Assembly (NCBI GenBank): GCA_964016885.1 | Contig: OZ024742.1 | Location: forward strand, 91,264,001 to 91,328,000 | Direction: 5' to 3' | DNA from: Eledone cirrhosa | Lineage: Eukaryota | Length of the DNA stretch: 64,000 bases | Part shown: one piece after another, positions 33,401 through 48,369 of the stretch | Layout of the letters: each line of letters opens with the position of its first letter | Position numbering within the stretch: the stretch's first letter is position 1 | The notes under the pieces: model-generated | Database searches by the model: none | What the model was told of the DNA's origin: nothing | What the model saw: only the letters and a program-made list of their open reading frames with translations | Made by a program: the position numbers and the translations under genes

Positions 33401-35004
33401 TACTTTTATGATACTTTGAATTTTAATGATGATAATATTGTTATTGGTGCTCGTTTTAATGGATGTTGTCACGGATTTGTAGTTACGTTGGATGACCTTT
33501 TTCAGAATCAATAGGAAATATCATTAGGAATGCCGTTACTATTTTAGTTTTTTAGCGTTTCATATTGCACGTATTAAAATACAATAGGCTACGCTATTTC
33601 ATAGTTTTCACATAGAAAAATGTAATTACCCACGACATGCTGAAGTGCACTCTACATATCGACGAGCTAATCGATGTGCAAAATTATGACAGCATGTAAC
33701 CGACTCATTTTTCATAGTAACATTTCATGTGGGTGTTTCGCCAAGTTGTTATCAAATACAACAATTTTTCAACAGAAGCTCAGCAAATTATGTTGCCATT
33801 CCCAACAAAATATTTTGATTAATGCAGTTATGGATATGTGGCAGAAAAACAACAACAAAAAACAGGTCACTTCCACATCTGTGACTTCCACTTCCACGTT
33901 CACCTTCGAGAAACCTAAATGGGTCTGTTCCTGTTTTTTAGTTTAGTTTATTTGCAAGAAAACAGTGGTGATTTCTTTTATTGCTCTTGGCTTATTATTG
34001 ATAGCACTTAAAGGGATTTTGTTTTTTGGATTTGCTAACAACATATTCAGATATTACCTCAAATAGAAGATTTTGATCCATTGAACTCAGAATTTCTTTT
34101 TTTTATTTGATTGCAATTAATAAAGTAATTTGCTTTATTAATTGCAATCAAATAATAATATATAGAGAGAGGGGAGGCATTTACTAGATGATAATTCAAG
34201 ATGGATGGGGAATTGGAGAAACCTGACATTTCAAGGAGCGTAAAGTGACCTGGGTCACTGAGAACAACTGCACTCGCTGGTTAGACCTTCGGCTTTAGAG
34301 TGAGTTGTTTTTTTTATTTACCTTTGCGAGAAAGTTTCACTGATCGATATTCTCTTCATATTTCAGCCATATCTAGATGTCTTCAGGTGTAATTATAGTC
34401 TATATAGGGATACAAAATTGGTGGTGTATCAAAATGGTAGTAACATTGTTAACAGGCAAACTTTCAATTACAGATTTCATTTTCTCATTTTCATGATCGG
34501 GGGGATACAGTCATTTTTTTAAAAGTTTACATCTATGAGACAAAAATCATTTGTGAGATCGAAAACGTGAGATCAAAGATGAGCGAAGTCAAGAAGTTCA
34601 ATAACCTTTAGTAATTGGAACGTTTGATTATTGGGAAAAGAGTAACCGTCCAATGATTCTGAGAAAGGTGCTTTATCATTAACAGTTGTCAGTGCGTGGG
34701 TGTGCAGCGTATTAACCAACAAGTTGGGAGATATCTTTATATCAGTAGATGAGCTATATAGTTTCATAACGATATTGCATAACAATATGTAAACTATTGT
34801 CTTGTTTCTTAAAATAATCTGTCCTGGTATGAAACCAGAATGTAGCCTACATAAAATTATGTGTGTTATATTCATTAGGGAATTATATATCAGATATATA
34901 AGAACCGTAGAGCAAATATTTATTAAAATAACAGATTAAAGTTTAAGCAAAGAATCGCTGCTTTCACCCACGATTCTTTGCTTAAACTTTAATCTGTTAT
35001 TTTA

Positions 35005-35112
<108 letters not shown>

Positions 35113-35144
35113 GTATGTATATATATATATATATATATACATAC

Positions 35145-35194
<50 letters not shown>

Positions 35195-35275
35195 GGTAAA
35201 CAGAAATAACAACACAATCGGTACAGTATATGGAAGGGATATATTAGGTTAACGCTTGATATAACAGGAAGAGGG

Positions 35276-35311
35276 TCTTAACGTTTCGGACGCTAATCCT
35301 TCATCAGAAGA
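35276..35311 (-). ncRNA. Minimal type I hammerhead (family D element ~35190-35335)
   Basis: tctt-CTGATGA-a-gga(ttagcg)tcc-GAAA-cg-TT-aaga; homolog at 59569-59604, more degenerate copy near 16770-16802. Confidence 0.82.
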
Positions 35312-35339
35312 AAGAATGAGAAATAAGATAGATTGAGGG

Positions 35340-36203
35340 GACGAATGCACTTCTTCACCCACTTATTCCTCAGAGGTTCATTCGTCGTGGCAGATTCCTC
35401 AATCAATTCCTCCGGCAGCTTCTGTCAGAAGAAACCGCCTCGAACCGTTCTGGCTGGATCCCCAAGCGAGACCAGCCGAGCTCATGGATGTTATCCAATC
35501 ATCTTGATCGGGTCTACTCCCGGGGCTCCTCCCAGTTGGTTTTGCCCGAAAATCTGTCCAGCGATTCTTTCCTGAGGCATTCTAACCACATGTCCATAGT
35601 ATCGGAGCTGTGATTTATTAATTCGGAGAAGTAGCGGCACTACCTAGAACGATTCTCTGATCTCCGAGCTACGCACTCTATCGTGTAACGTCACTCCAAA
35701 GACCCTTCAGAGGAACTCCATTTCGGCCGCTTGTATTCTTACGGTCATTACCGGAGGCTAAAGACCATAGGTAAGTGTAGGCATGAATATCGCGCTGAAG
35801 ATAGCGAGTGTGGCTTTTACACCTACCTCTCTTCTTCTGATTACCGAATGCTGAAGCTGGCACATTACTGCACCAGCTCCTGCGAATCGTTGCACTTAAT
35901 TCGGCCCCCTGCCTTCCATCACTCGTGAACACAGATCCAAGATACTGGAACTTCTCCACCTGCTTCAGTGGAACTCCATTCACATGTAGAATCCACTGCA
36001 GAGGCTTCCTTGAGAGGACAAGTGTCTCAGTTTTTGCAGCACTGATTTTCATTCGGCATCAAAACTATTAAGTGCAAGTCAGAGATTCTGTTCTGTGGAG
36101 TTAAGTAATACCATGTCGTCTGCAAACTCCAGTCGACTGATTTTACACTTGCCAGTTGTGATACCACTTCCAGCCCGGTGGCGCATATCAATGCTGTTCA
36201 TGA
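35340..36203 (-). mobile_element. RTE-clade LINE 3' portion (degenerate RT)
   Basis: EFADDMVLL, MKISAAKTETLVLSR, QVEKFQYLGSVFTSDGR, QLRYYGHVVRMPQER. Confidence 0.88.
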
Positions 36204-37728
36204 AAATATTAAGCATTTCAGTGATGCATAAATCTTTACCGCGCTGCAAATACACATTTTTTATTATTTTATTCTTTTGTTATAGTCGCTACTTGCAACC
36301 TGTAGATATTTTCTTCAAATTTTATTGATTTCTTTTTTGTCGAACTGCTACGTTACGGGAGATAATCAAACAAGGATAAATGTGAACATAGAGACAGGCA
36401 TATATGTTCACATCTATCTAAAAAGGTCTTCTGCAGATTTCGTCGACTGAAGTTCACTCAAAAGGCATTGGTAAACTCGAGGTTATTGTATAGGACACTT
36501 GCACAAGATGCCACGCAATGAACTGAACCTGGAACCAACTAGTTCCGATGTGAAATCGTAAAGCCCTCAGGCAAATCTTACTTCGGTAAGTTATGTGGAA
36601 ACAACATTTCTGTTTATGATCTTCAACGAAAATGAAACTAGTTCAGAGATGCCACTCTTAAACGATGCCAGAATAATGAGGTTGTCAACTAACATGATTT
36701 TTCTTTTCAAAACTTGCCGATGTCAATAAAGTAAAGTATCAGTCAAGTACTGGATCGATTTCATCGAATATTCTGCGCGCCAGTCGGCCCTAATATGTAG
36801 TCATGTGTCAATATTATAAATCGATATTATTTTACCAGTAATGCACTGGGTAATTGCTGGCCTTGTGCCTAAAGTAGAAACAATTATTTATTATTATTAT
36901 TTTTTTTATGTTCTAGCAATCGAATAAACCAACACAGACACACACACAGACGAATAGGAGATAGTCTGATCCTGTCATTGAAGTGACCCTACAAATCTAT
37001 CAGGAATTACGGGACCATATATGTATATCTAATATCACATTAGTTAATGTCCGTCGTGCAGTATTTTGAAGAGGATGGGGGTGTAACATTTGTCTGAAAG
37101 GCTTTGCAATTCAAAGGACCCCTCAAAGGTGCCTTCATAGGCATGGAAGGATGATGCTTTGATGTTGTTTATAGTCTGCTGTGTTTATCATACTGTTAAC
37201 ATTTCATTGTTTCAATGTGGATTCGAATTTGTGTGGGTATGCGCACGCGCGAGTGTGTGCATGCGGTTGTTAGGGTTTGTCTGGTATGTATCTGTGTATG
37301 TATGTGTCAATCGGTGTGAATCTGTGTGATTTGTGAGTCTATGCGTTTGTGCGTGAATGTATATATATTTTTGTCTATGTATGAATCTTTATGGCTGTAT
37401 GCCTCTTTATACATGTATGTATGTGCGTCAGTCTTCATGCAGACAAGAAGTAGTCGTGGTGGTGATGGTACGGCTGTCTGTGATTATAGTGGTGGTGAAG
37501 GTCACTCTTGACGTTGATGGGGTGAAGATAGAGGTACGCGAGCTGGTTCGTGCGGTATTGCTGTAATTTGAGTAAGTAAACCATAGCACTGTTCCTAGAA
37601 TGACTCAACCAAAGTGCTTGGTTGATCAACGACCTCGTAATTCAGCTGAAACATTGTCTCGTGAAGTCATCCGAGGTGGAGAGAAAGTTAAACACGATCG
37701 CCGCAAGAGCCGATACACAATATATGTA

Positions 37729-37808
<80 letters not shown>

Positions 37809-37822
37809 CCTGTGTGTGTGTG

Positions 37823-37876
<54 letters not shown>

Positions 37877-38002
37877 ATATACATATGAGAAAGAAAAAAA
37901 GAAAAATATCTATGTTCGATCTTTCTGCATCTTATACTAATTGTAGAAAATCTGGTTAGAATATACTAAATATACAAATAAACATGTATATATATATATG
38001 TA

Positions 38003-38052
<50 letters not shown>

Positions 38053-38722
38053 GACCAATGAGATTTACATGTAATCGGAATATATTTCTTTTCTTGATTG
38101 TAATTTTGAGGGTCGACGAGGTTCAACGTAGGTCAAGTGTAACGTTGGAAAGCGATGCTTTGCACATGCAATGTTCGAACGGGTGTGGAAATGTATATAT
38201 GCGCGGTAAGGGTGTGTGTGTGTGTGTATGTGCGTGTGTGCGTGCGTGCGCGTTTGTGTGTGTGTGTGTGTGTGTGTGTTCGTGCGTGCCTGAGTTGTAG
38301 TATCTAGTGTTAGTTGTTGAATCTATTGAAAAAAGTTACTTGGTCAAAACCAAAATAACAACACTGATTTCACTCTGCCTGCCTCTCAGTCTCTCCCTCT
38401 CAGTCTCTCTCTCACTCTCTTTTTCTCCCTCATACACATGCCAAGGCAACCGCCAGAAAGGCAGGATTCTTCAGTCTTCACAGCAATTTAATTTAACGAA
38501 ATCTTGTAGGAACTCTCCTATTGTTCAATGATTGTTGACCACACAGACAACCACCATTTTTTTTTTTTTCGGATTTGTTATTTAAACAGTATGGGTCAAT
38601 CAATATTGAGTTGTTCGGCAAGAAAAAATAAAAAAAAGTATGTGAGAACTAATGATGAACAGCATTCTCAAAAAAAATAGTTACAATAGGTGTGCCTACA
38701 ACAAGAAAGGATTTATCACATT

Positions 38723-38913
38723 TACGATAGTTGGTTGAAAAGTTCATAGGCTGACAAAGATACTCTCATGGAATAACCAAATGAGGTTTATTTTTCAACA
38801 TAGTACCTGGAAAGAAACAATTCAAGTATTGATAAGAAGAGTTGAAATTAATGCATAAAAGATTTCCCAGTTCTAGCATAATCAACCTATGAACGTTTCA
38901 GCCGACACACGTA
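38723..38913. mobile_element. Mariner-type MITE
   Basis: TA-flanked imperfect TIRs tacgatagttggttgaaaagttcataggctga / tcaacctatgaacgtttcagccgacacacgta; homologous to 41761-41963. Confidence 0.75.
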
Positions 38914-40255
38914 AGTCAGAGGTGTTTTTCCTATTCAAAAACTCAGAAATCGCCTCTCACGGTAGACCTGCTTATCGTTTTTTGCAAGTGTTATTCGAAG
39001 GACTTATATACGGAAATGCTGGTGCCGGGTAGTTGCTATATTTTATTTAGAACACTGAAATCGATGCTAGAATCAGATGGCTGATATATCTTTTTCCCCA
39101 GGAAAATTGTTTATATGCTTATGTTACGTGATCGCTATATTTTACACAAGAATTTTATAGAACACCCCCAGCAAATTAATTAGCATTAATATGTTTTTTG
39201 CCGAGGAAAGAACACGAATTACACAAGAATTTACACAAAAATTCTATGAAAAATCGAAAGCATTCGCCGCTGAGGGTTAATTTTTGTAGGCACCAACATA
39301 TTCATCCTCAACATATATACTACGACAATTTTGAATAATCAAATACTTTATTGCACCATCAAACTATGTTGCTGATTGGCTGAAAAATCGAAATTGTTTG
39401 ATAATGAATTTAAAGAAATTGTTAGTTTTTACAGATTAGTGTATACTTTTTAGTGATAATCAGTTCTGGGATACATAATGGTGATAATCAGTTCTGGGAT
39501 ACATAATATTCTAAGATTTATCGCATTTGCTGCGTGAAACAACTGAGAATTCAATGTATCCGATCCTATTTGTGAGGGATGGGTCGAAGTCCTGGATCAT
39601 GGAGTCAATGCATATTTAGTGTGTGGTGTTTATCTTATATGTGATTGACTCTTGGGTGTGAAAAGATAAAGATAAATGGAATGTAATATCATCTGTTTAT
39701 AAGTGGGGATTATTTGTTGTGAGGTCAAGTAGTTAGTTGATGAGGAAGACTTAGGGCTGCTACCGTTGAAGATATTATCCTGATTGTTGTTGTTTAGACC
39801 GAGTTGTTTAGACCGAGTCCAACCTTCAACTAGTAAACCTATACTCAATATCATTCCAACCATGACGATCATGTCCTTTCGTGGTATCAAAAGTGTCCTT
39901 TCCCTCATAAAGATATAATTTAAAGATGATTTGGCCGTTATTTCTAGCAGGCTGAGTGAGCATAGAAAAGTTCCACATGAGCAACGTAGTGGCTCCCTGG
40001 CGAACACCTATAGCCTCCCGCGCGTTTAAGATGTTAAAGTTGTTTAACCCCAGGTCAGTATTAATTGAACAGATCAAAGTCATTCCAACTGTGACAATCC
40101 CGATTTTGTATCAGAGGTGTCTGTTTTCAAAATATAAGGTTGTTGCCTTGTTTCTGAGTGTAATGATTTTTTCGTTGCTACAAATGTTCCTGCATTTGCA
40201 GCCATTACTGGCGTCCCTGTTGTCATTGTTGCTGTTGTAGACGTAATTATTGTTG

Positions 40256-40445
40256 ATAATGTTTTCTTATTCAGGCACAAGGCCAACAATTTTGAGGGAG
40301 GGGGAAGTTGATTAAGTCAACCCCAGTGCGTTACTGGTACTTTACTTTATTAACCCTGCGGGATTTGAACGCAGAACGTTAAGAATCAGAAAAATACTGA
40401 TAAGAATTTTCCAACGCTCCAACGATTCTGTGGATTCACCCCCAT
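40256..40445 (-). mobile_element. tRNA-derived SINE (longer-tail subfamily)
   Basis: ggcacaaggccaacaattttgagggaggggaagttgattaagtcaaccccagtgcgttactggtac. Confidence 0.8.
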
Positions 40446-41576
40446 TATTGTTGATAATGCAACTGTGATTTTTGATGATGTTGCAATTGTTAGTGTTACA
40501 GATCTTTTTTTATGAAACGTATCATCGTGATATTTTCCAGTTTTTGTTTCAGTTGGATGAAAGTAAGTGCTGTCTTCGTGTTGGAAACTTGATTCTAATA
40601 TTTACAATAGTGTGGACTCAACTAATGACATACAATGTGCCAGTGGTAGTTTTAAACTAGCCAAGTGATAGATTCAATCTGCTACCTAAAAATAGAAACG
40701 GTCTGTCTAAAGGACTACAACGCAGTTTCCGTCTAACATATTTCACCGAGAAGATTTTGGGTCACTCGAAGATATCCAGATGTTGCCTAATGTACCTTAT
40801 ATTGGAATCGAATCTAAAACGACGCTAACGATGTAACCACACATCCACGCCAGTGTCCAAGCTGGCTAGCTATTGTTATCGTGCATTTGCTTTTGTTATT
40901 GCAGCAGGTGTTAACAGTTTCTATTGTTGTTGCTGTTGTTGCTACTGTTGCAATATTGTTGTTGTTACTATTATTGTTGACGTTCAAGCTACTGTCGCAC
41001 ATACTACTGTTGTTGCCGTGACATTGCCACCACATAAACCATTACGGGAACTAACTATAAAACCATATCACATTATGAATGATTCTTGTATATTAGGGGC
41101 GACACTGAAACTTAATAAGTCTTGTTAACGATGCCACCAAGTCGTTCAAATTTAACTGGAAGTGTTGAAGAGTTGGTGATGGGTTTTCTCTTATGATGGT
41201 TGTTGTTGCTATTAAATACTTAACTATGTTTCTACTTATTATTTTTGACGGCTTCCTAATTAGTATTTAATGTAATATTCTACCCAGCTTTCAACATCGT
41301 TTTCTTTTTAAGGCTTCTTAGAAATACTGGGTTTAAATTAAGTTGCATGCATATGGATATATACACACACAAAAACATATATGCATAGATACAAATATGT
41401 GTGTGAGTGTGCGTTTCTGTGCATATACGGTAGTCGTAACTAGACAAACATGTACAACACAAGTTACCTTATAAGTCATCTAACGGGGGAATTTATTCAT
41501 ATAAACTAGACTAATTATTTTAGCTATTTTCTATATTCTGTTTGACAATGTCGCTATAGCAACATGGGGGTAGTTT

Positions 41577-41617
41577 TTCTCTGATGATGATGCAGTAACA
41601 TCCGAAATACATAAGAA
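41577..41617 (+). ncRNA. Minimal type I hammerhead
   Basis: ttct-CTGATGA-t-gatg(cagtaa)catc-c-GAAA-taca-TA-agaa. Confidence 0.7.
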
Positions 41618-41760
41618 TAATCTTATACGTTTTCCTGTGCACAGAATATTTGAAAGTTTTTGCATTTCACAATGTTTTCACAGCGAAGTCTTCTGATTCA
41701 AAGACGATAATTGTGTGTACTTTAAACTTCCCATAAAATGTTTAAAATTTGCCCTACGCG

Positions 41761-41963
41761 TACGAGGGGTCAGCAGAAAAGTCCATTGGCTGACCAAGAT
41801 ACTCTCATGGAATGACCAAATGATGTTTATTTTTCAACAGAATCCCTGGAAATACACAACGTAATTATTGATGAGAAAATTTGAAATTAATGCATGCAAG
41901 ATTTCACAGCACTAACATCACCCCTTCATAGTCAGCCTATGGACTTTTCAGCCGACTCTCGTA
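41761..41963. mobile_element. Mariner-type MITE
   Basis: TIRs tacgaggggtcagcagaaaagtccattggctgac / gtcagcctatggacttttcagccgactctcgta. Confidence 0.82.
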
Positions 41964-42102
41964 CATACGTGTTTTGAAGATATATTCTTTTATTTTTATT
42001 GATTTGGGCCATCCGACGGCGACCATGCTGGGGCACCGCATTCATTTACTCGATCAACTTCACTGTCGCACCATTAACTTGTTGGTAAAACACACACACA
42101 CT

Positions 42103-42184
<82 letters not shown>

Positions 42185-44750
42185 TATCGTTGTCAATGTT
42201 ATTTGTGTTGCTGTAGTTATTACACTTATTTCTGCTATTAATACTATTATTGTTGTTAACGTTATGGGTATGACCATCATTATTGCTGTTTTCATTGTGG
42301 CTCTTATAATCATTTATATTGTTATTTATAATGTTAATTTTGCTCTTTTTGTTGCTTTACATATTGTTCTTTTTTAGCGGCACACATTGCATCTATTAGT
42401 ATAACTATTATGACAATATTTGTTACTTTAATCATTGTTTAGTTTCTGTTGGTATTACTATTAGAGTTGTTGTTGTTTTAACATTAATAGCAACAGTCCT
42501 TAGATTAATTCTACTTTTCATTGAAAGCGATTATCGACGCCATGTTCTTTAAGCGACAGTTTGAAATCATTAACAGAAATTTATATGCTGAGATGTAAGG
42601 GAGCACAATAAGCTTCAGACATTTTAACCTTTGTTGTCTGGCTACATCTGACACTTTAGCATATTATTTTAGCAGTGGGTCGCCAGAATTGTTATAACGT
42701 AGGACAAAATGTATCACGGTAAATAGTTATGCCTCTTTCTATTCTGAGTTCGAATCCTTCCAAAGTTAAATTTGCCTTTCATCATTCCCAGGGTCAATAG
42801 AAATAAGGATATTAGATCCCACCCAGCCAAACTTTGATTTTTATCTTTTCGATGAAAATAATCCATAAAATTACCTTCAGACAATTAATGTCAAAAATCA
42901 GTGTTCCGTCGGTTGAGGCCTTCAAAGATGGATTAGTGAAAGGATACACAATATGGATGATGAGTGGAATAGAGACTTATGCCACCTGCTAGTGATGACG
43001 AGAAGCCATTACTACTAAAACTACTATAGTAGGATAGAAACAAACATTCACACCCCACCACACACACATCAGTAATTGGTTAAAAGATTAAAATTTGGAA
43101 AAGTTATTCCGGAATTTTTGAGTTCAGTATGTTCTGCAATCCGCAAATCGAACTAACCGATTAATCGAAAGTGTAAGCTGTTGAGTAAATAAATCTAGAA
43201 TATTGTGTGCAAGGACACAGAGCATTTAAATAAGTACAAGAGTTTAGAAGCAATTAAAGACAATTTTATCGTATCATGCATGTTTCTATAAATGAAATGC
43301 GATGAATATATCTAACGGAAAATTTAAAGTTTAACAGTATTCCAGTATATAGAAATAAATCCATATTCCAGCATAAAACCAAAACCTTATCTCAACAGGC
43401 ATAATTACATCTTCAAGAAGATGCCTCACATTTATTCACTTTCGGTGAACAGAGTTATGGCCAGGAGACGTTGATATCATCAGACGGTGTCCAATGTTCA
43501 TTTAGTGTTTCGACCCTCAACCGTAATATCTTCTCGTTGGTGGGTCAGCAGTGGTGACCAAATTACTGCCCATCTTCGCCACCTGGCTTCCAGCACATTT
43601 CCTCTCACCTTTTCCAAATCCAACAATAGACACTTTCTGCTGCCTCCCCCCATTCTGCAAACTGCAGCCCTCTTCTTTCTTCCTGCCATTCAATAGCAGT
43701 GATCATTCTCCATACTGAGTGAGCTGGTAATCCCTTGCAGTCCACGTCAACTCAAAATAGCCATGCCTGCCAACCTTTCTCCTTACACTTCTGCACAAGT
43801 TCTTGATATTTGGTTCTCTCACAGCGTGTTTTGGCTCTCCTGAGTGGAATCCAATAGGTTTCTCCTGCAGATTTGAGGGGTGCAGCTACTTAGAACTCTC
43901 TAGTTCTGTAGGGTGCTTTCTGTCTGAAGATCTCCTGCGTTTCATCATATATATAATCCACAGCAGTGAATACAAACAAGCGGAATGAAATACCAAAAAT
44001 TTATGAGGTCAATACTTGTGTGAAATGGCGAAATGGTTTCCTCAGTGTAGGCCTTCACAGATACTAGGCCTTCACAGGAAAGAAATGAGAGTTGCAAAGA
44101 ATGTAGGAAATAAATTAAACAATTAAACAATTAAAAATCTAATGAGGTGAGGGAAAGAGGAGATCTGGGAGATAATTAACATTAAGATAGGAGATGGGGG
44201 CATGAATGAGTTTTCGTGCTGCCTTGTTTTCGTGTATGCTGTAGTTATGGCTAAATGTGTAAGTCAATCAGTCACTGGTGCTGGTGTTGAGGTACATCGG
44301 TTGCATGTGGTAACGGTGCGTTTTTTGCAGGAATGTGTGCGTGTCTGTCAGAGTTAACTTATGTATAGCTGCAAATGTGTGTAGCTGTATATATGTGTTC
44401 ATATGGTCTATGTATGTGAGCGTGCGTCTTTCTGTCGAAAACTGTGTATTGATATATCTGTATGTGTGTCGGATGTGTTGGCGTGGGTTTACGATATGGA
44501 TTATAATTTTAGTATATGTGTATTTCGTCTTCGTCATAAGTCCTTCACTTCGCTAGGTACTTGGTTAGCTTGGTACTTGCCATATTTGTCTGTTTATCTG
44601 TTTAGTCTTCTTTGGCTTTGCGTTTGTTTTATTTTTCTACCTCCCAAATTTGGAGCATGGGAGTTTTATCACTCATTGTTTTGTTTAACGCCATTTCAGC
44701 TCATACTGAGCTATAATTAAAGGCATTTTTTCCTTTGTGTATATGAAAGG

Positions 44751-44835
<85 letters not shown>

Positions 44836-45519
44836 ACCGTTATTTTAGAAAGTAAGACGGGATTTATAGATTTGGCTGCTGTTTCTAGCAGAGCGAATGA
44901 CTACAAACTCCCTCAATTACACCAATACTTGACAATACAACTTATAGGTTCTCAATGACGCTAAAAGGTCAACTTATAAGGAAAGAAAAAGTCCAGTTAT
45001 TTTGTCAGCGAAGAAAATTAGTGACGAGCTATACTCCTCATAATTAGCTTCACGAAAGTCAGAATATTTTGTGTTACAATCGACTTATTCCTTCTTTCCA
45101 CCAAAGCCAACATGTTGTGTTATGTAAGTAGTTTCACTTAACATGGTCTTCTCGGAGATCTGTAAATGAAACAGTCATAGACAGAATATGTTTTCCTCTC
45201 ATTTCGGGGGCGCAAGCGTGCACGTGTGAGAGAGAGAGATTAAGAGATCAAGGAAGAGAGAGAGAGGGCGAGAGAGAGAGAGACAGAGGGCAGTGACTGT
45301 GAGAGATAGAAATAGAGGGAGAGTGTGAGAGTGTGAGAGATTAAAAAGGAAGCAGAAAAAGTTACACTATAGATATGGCAGAAGTATTTGAAAGACCAAC
45401 GCGGAGAGAAAAAAAAAATCTATCCTCAGCGTAGAGCAAATAAAATATTTCCTAAAAGATTGGAATGGTTACTGCAGCACCGAGTTTGCTGTGCCGGGAT
45501 AATGAAACGAAAACGAAGG

Positions 45520-45690
45520 TTACATTCATATGAAATCATTAGCAATGTCCTGATGATTTCATACGAATGAAACAGTTTTAGTCCTGTAGAAGTAATTTCT
45601 ACAGCCGCCTTAACTCTGGAATACAACCCAATACAAGACGGAACTCGTAACAGCATTGAGTGCTCCGAACGGAACGACACTTGCAATTGT
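45520..45690 (+). mobile_element. Family A-related hammerhead fragment with short fold-back
   Basis: CTGATGA(45550)-tttcatacgaat-GAAA-cagttttagtcctg-TA-gaag, preceded by an inverted copy cattcatatgaaatcattag. Confidence 0.7.
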
Positions 45691-45694
45691 TGTT

Positions 45695-45747
<53 letters not shown>

Positions 45748-45980
45748 AAAAGCCCCCATTGGTCACGAATAACCATGGAATTTGCACATAGAAAGTTCCC
45801 TCCAAGGCACAAGTCTGGGCATGATTGTTTGTGGGAGACCCCCCCCCCTCCACACACACACACACACATCAGCACATAGACACGCACACTTAGCGTTGTA
45901 TAGTGTGGTTGCTATGACAATATGACAGCTTCTTCGGTTCCATCATGTAACTGTTTCGTTTTTTTTAATGAACGGACACA

Positions 45981-46176
45981 TAATTGTTTCTACTTTAGGC
46001 ACAAGGCCAGCAATTACCCAGTGCATTACTGGTACTTTACTTTATCGACCCCGTAAGGATGAAAGGCAAAGTCAACCTCGGCGGGATTTGAACTTAGATC
46101 GTAAAGGGACGTAACTATGCTGGAAAGCATGGCGTCCGACCCTCTACCGATACTGCCAATCCACCGCCCTTGAGCA
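45981..46176 (-). mobile_element. Full-length tRNA-derived SINE with 18-bp TSD
   Basis: Identical aatgaacggacacataat at 45967 and 46177; A and B boxes. Confidence 0.92.
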
Positions 46177-46789
46177 AATGAACGGACACATAATGAACAG
46201 ATACACATTTGTCCCAAATAATTTCCTTTATGTTTGACACATACACCAAAAACGACACACATATACAATGGTAATACAGACAACATCATGAGCATTGTAT
46301 AGACCATTCCACCGATATATACGCTGATACACAGACACGTACACACATACACACACATGTACCCTTTTTTCTGTTTCGTTTTCTAATCTTTAAACTATTG
46401 TATTCTCCTTATAAAGGTCTCACGTCCGATACGCCGAGGTTTTTTTGCCTTCCATTCAAAGCGTCAAACTAAGGCTAATTGTTTTGTTTTGTTTTTTAAC
46501 TCTGGGTTTTTCAGCTGAATTTGGCCTCATATCATCTCTGGCTGATATTACATTTCCACCTTTATATATTGATGGTTGCCTTTTCTCTATGTTACAAAGT
46601 GGTGTTAAAAAAATCATCTGGCTTATTTATTTGTATGTGTCTCACTAGAGGTGTGTAAACATTTTTGTATTGTTCGTTCAATACCTCACTTATTCCTATG
46701 GGTTTGCGGCCAGTGAGCCACTTTTATGGAAAAGCGGTTCTATCCTGTGATGTACCAAGGCGATCCCTTTTGCAAATTTAAAGAAAACC

Positions 46790-47120
46790 TTAGGGTTCAT
46801 TTTTATGTTTTCTATAGCACTGGCTTCTCCTCCTGTCGTCTCCTTTTCATGAGTTCAGTTACAATGTCAGATTGTGCCTGTTTCAAATGGAATTTCTTTT
46901 TGTTCTTTAATTTTACATGTAGTTGGTGGGAGGTCTTCGTTCTCCGCTTCATAAAGCTTTTTCCATCACTGGGAATAATATTGTTGTGTCTGCAGGCCTG
47001 TCTTTATGGAGTAAACTTAAAGCATATGACTTTGATTGTTGCCATGAATTGCTCAAGTTGCATGATGACGTCTTCTCAAGAGAAACTATCTGTCCAGTTT
47101 TGCTTCTCGATCTCCTCCTA
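46790..47120 (-). mobile_element. CR1-like LINE ORF2 fragment
   Basis: Reverse-complement similarity to 48780-49140. Confidence 0.75.
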
Positions 47121-47799
47121 AATCCTTTTCTTCTTTGGTCTCCTGTTTGAAGATATGTTTCAGCAAATTCAAGTATGGCTTTATGAGGGTTTGGGTGCGA
47201 ATAAATTCATTCTTTTTTCGCTCTATTTGCACCATTGTTTTTTAGAATGCCGCAACTTTTCAAAGTCCCTGCAATTAGCGAGTTTGACGGAGACCAACTG
47301 ACTAAGCTCCAGGCTGTAAGAATTGTCTCCAATTCCTTCGTTTTCAAGTACTGTTGGTTTTTGTGAGTAGTTCACGAGAGTAAAAAACAACAGTTTTTTT
47401 TTTATTTTTGGTTTCAACTCATCACATCGGAGTACTTAAATGAATAAATATGTATGTTGCTACCTGAGTACCTCGATAATTAATTAAATAAATAAATAAG
47501 ATAAAATACCTACCTCATTATTTCAACGATTAATTATATAAATATATTTAAAAATTACCTGCCTCAATATCTCAATAAATATATAAGATAAAATAGTTTA
47601 GCTGTGAAATTGAAACTTTTAATATAGGCACGTGGAAACAAAGTACGAAGGGAAATACCTGAAAATATATATACAGAAATACATAAAATTATTTCGAGAA
47701 TTAAATAAACAAACAAAATATATGAGAATCTACCTAGCCTGATGCTTCGAAAATTAAATAAATAACGATTAAGTATTTCAAACGCCAAAATTACTGAAA

Positions 47800-48038
47800 A
47801 TAATTGTTTCTGCGTTTTTTTTTATAATTGTTTCTACTTTTTTCTTTTTTTTTTTAAATAATTGTTTCTACTTTTGGCACAAGGCCAGCAATTATTCAGT
47901 ACATTACTGGTACTTTATTTTATAGACCCTGTAAGGATGAAAGACAAAGTTAACCTCGGCAGGATTTGAACTCAGATCATAAAGGGCCTTTGCTGCAAAG
48001 CATGGCGTCCGACCCTCTACCGATACTGCCAATCCACT
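47800..48038 (-). mobile_element. tRNA-derived SINE with reiterated 3' tail
   Basis: Three taattgtttct motifs followed by the SINE body. Confidence 0.85.
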
Positions 48039-48291
48039 GATGGAAAAATAGAAAATAGAAAAATATTGCTTGCCCAGGATTTAGAGAACAATTGTCTCTT
48101 TGGATCGAAATTACAGTAAGAATAATAAAAATCTCATTTACTGTAGCGTTGACTCAAATTAAAATGTAAACACATGGAAAAAGTGTGTATATTGTATCCT
48201 AATAGGAGATAAATAAAAAAAATACAAACCATCTTTTCAGGCTTTACAAACATAAAAAATATAAATATATATATAAACAAAAAGGCACACA

Positions 48292-48364
<73 letters not shown>

Positions 48365-48369
<5 letters not shown>

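Noticed and set aside
33270-33420. hAT transposase remnant (STRWSA motif)
   Set aside because: Single short motif with no other supporting motifs or TIRs.
43450-43960. GC-richer island, possibly a LINE endonuclease or host exon
   Set aside because: Stops in the frames I read and no clear motif or splice evidence.
45981-46176. tRNA genes
   Set aside because: A and B boxes belong to SINE heads with TSDs and tails; no complete cloverleaf.
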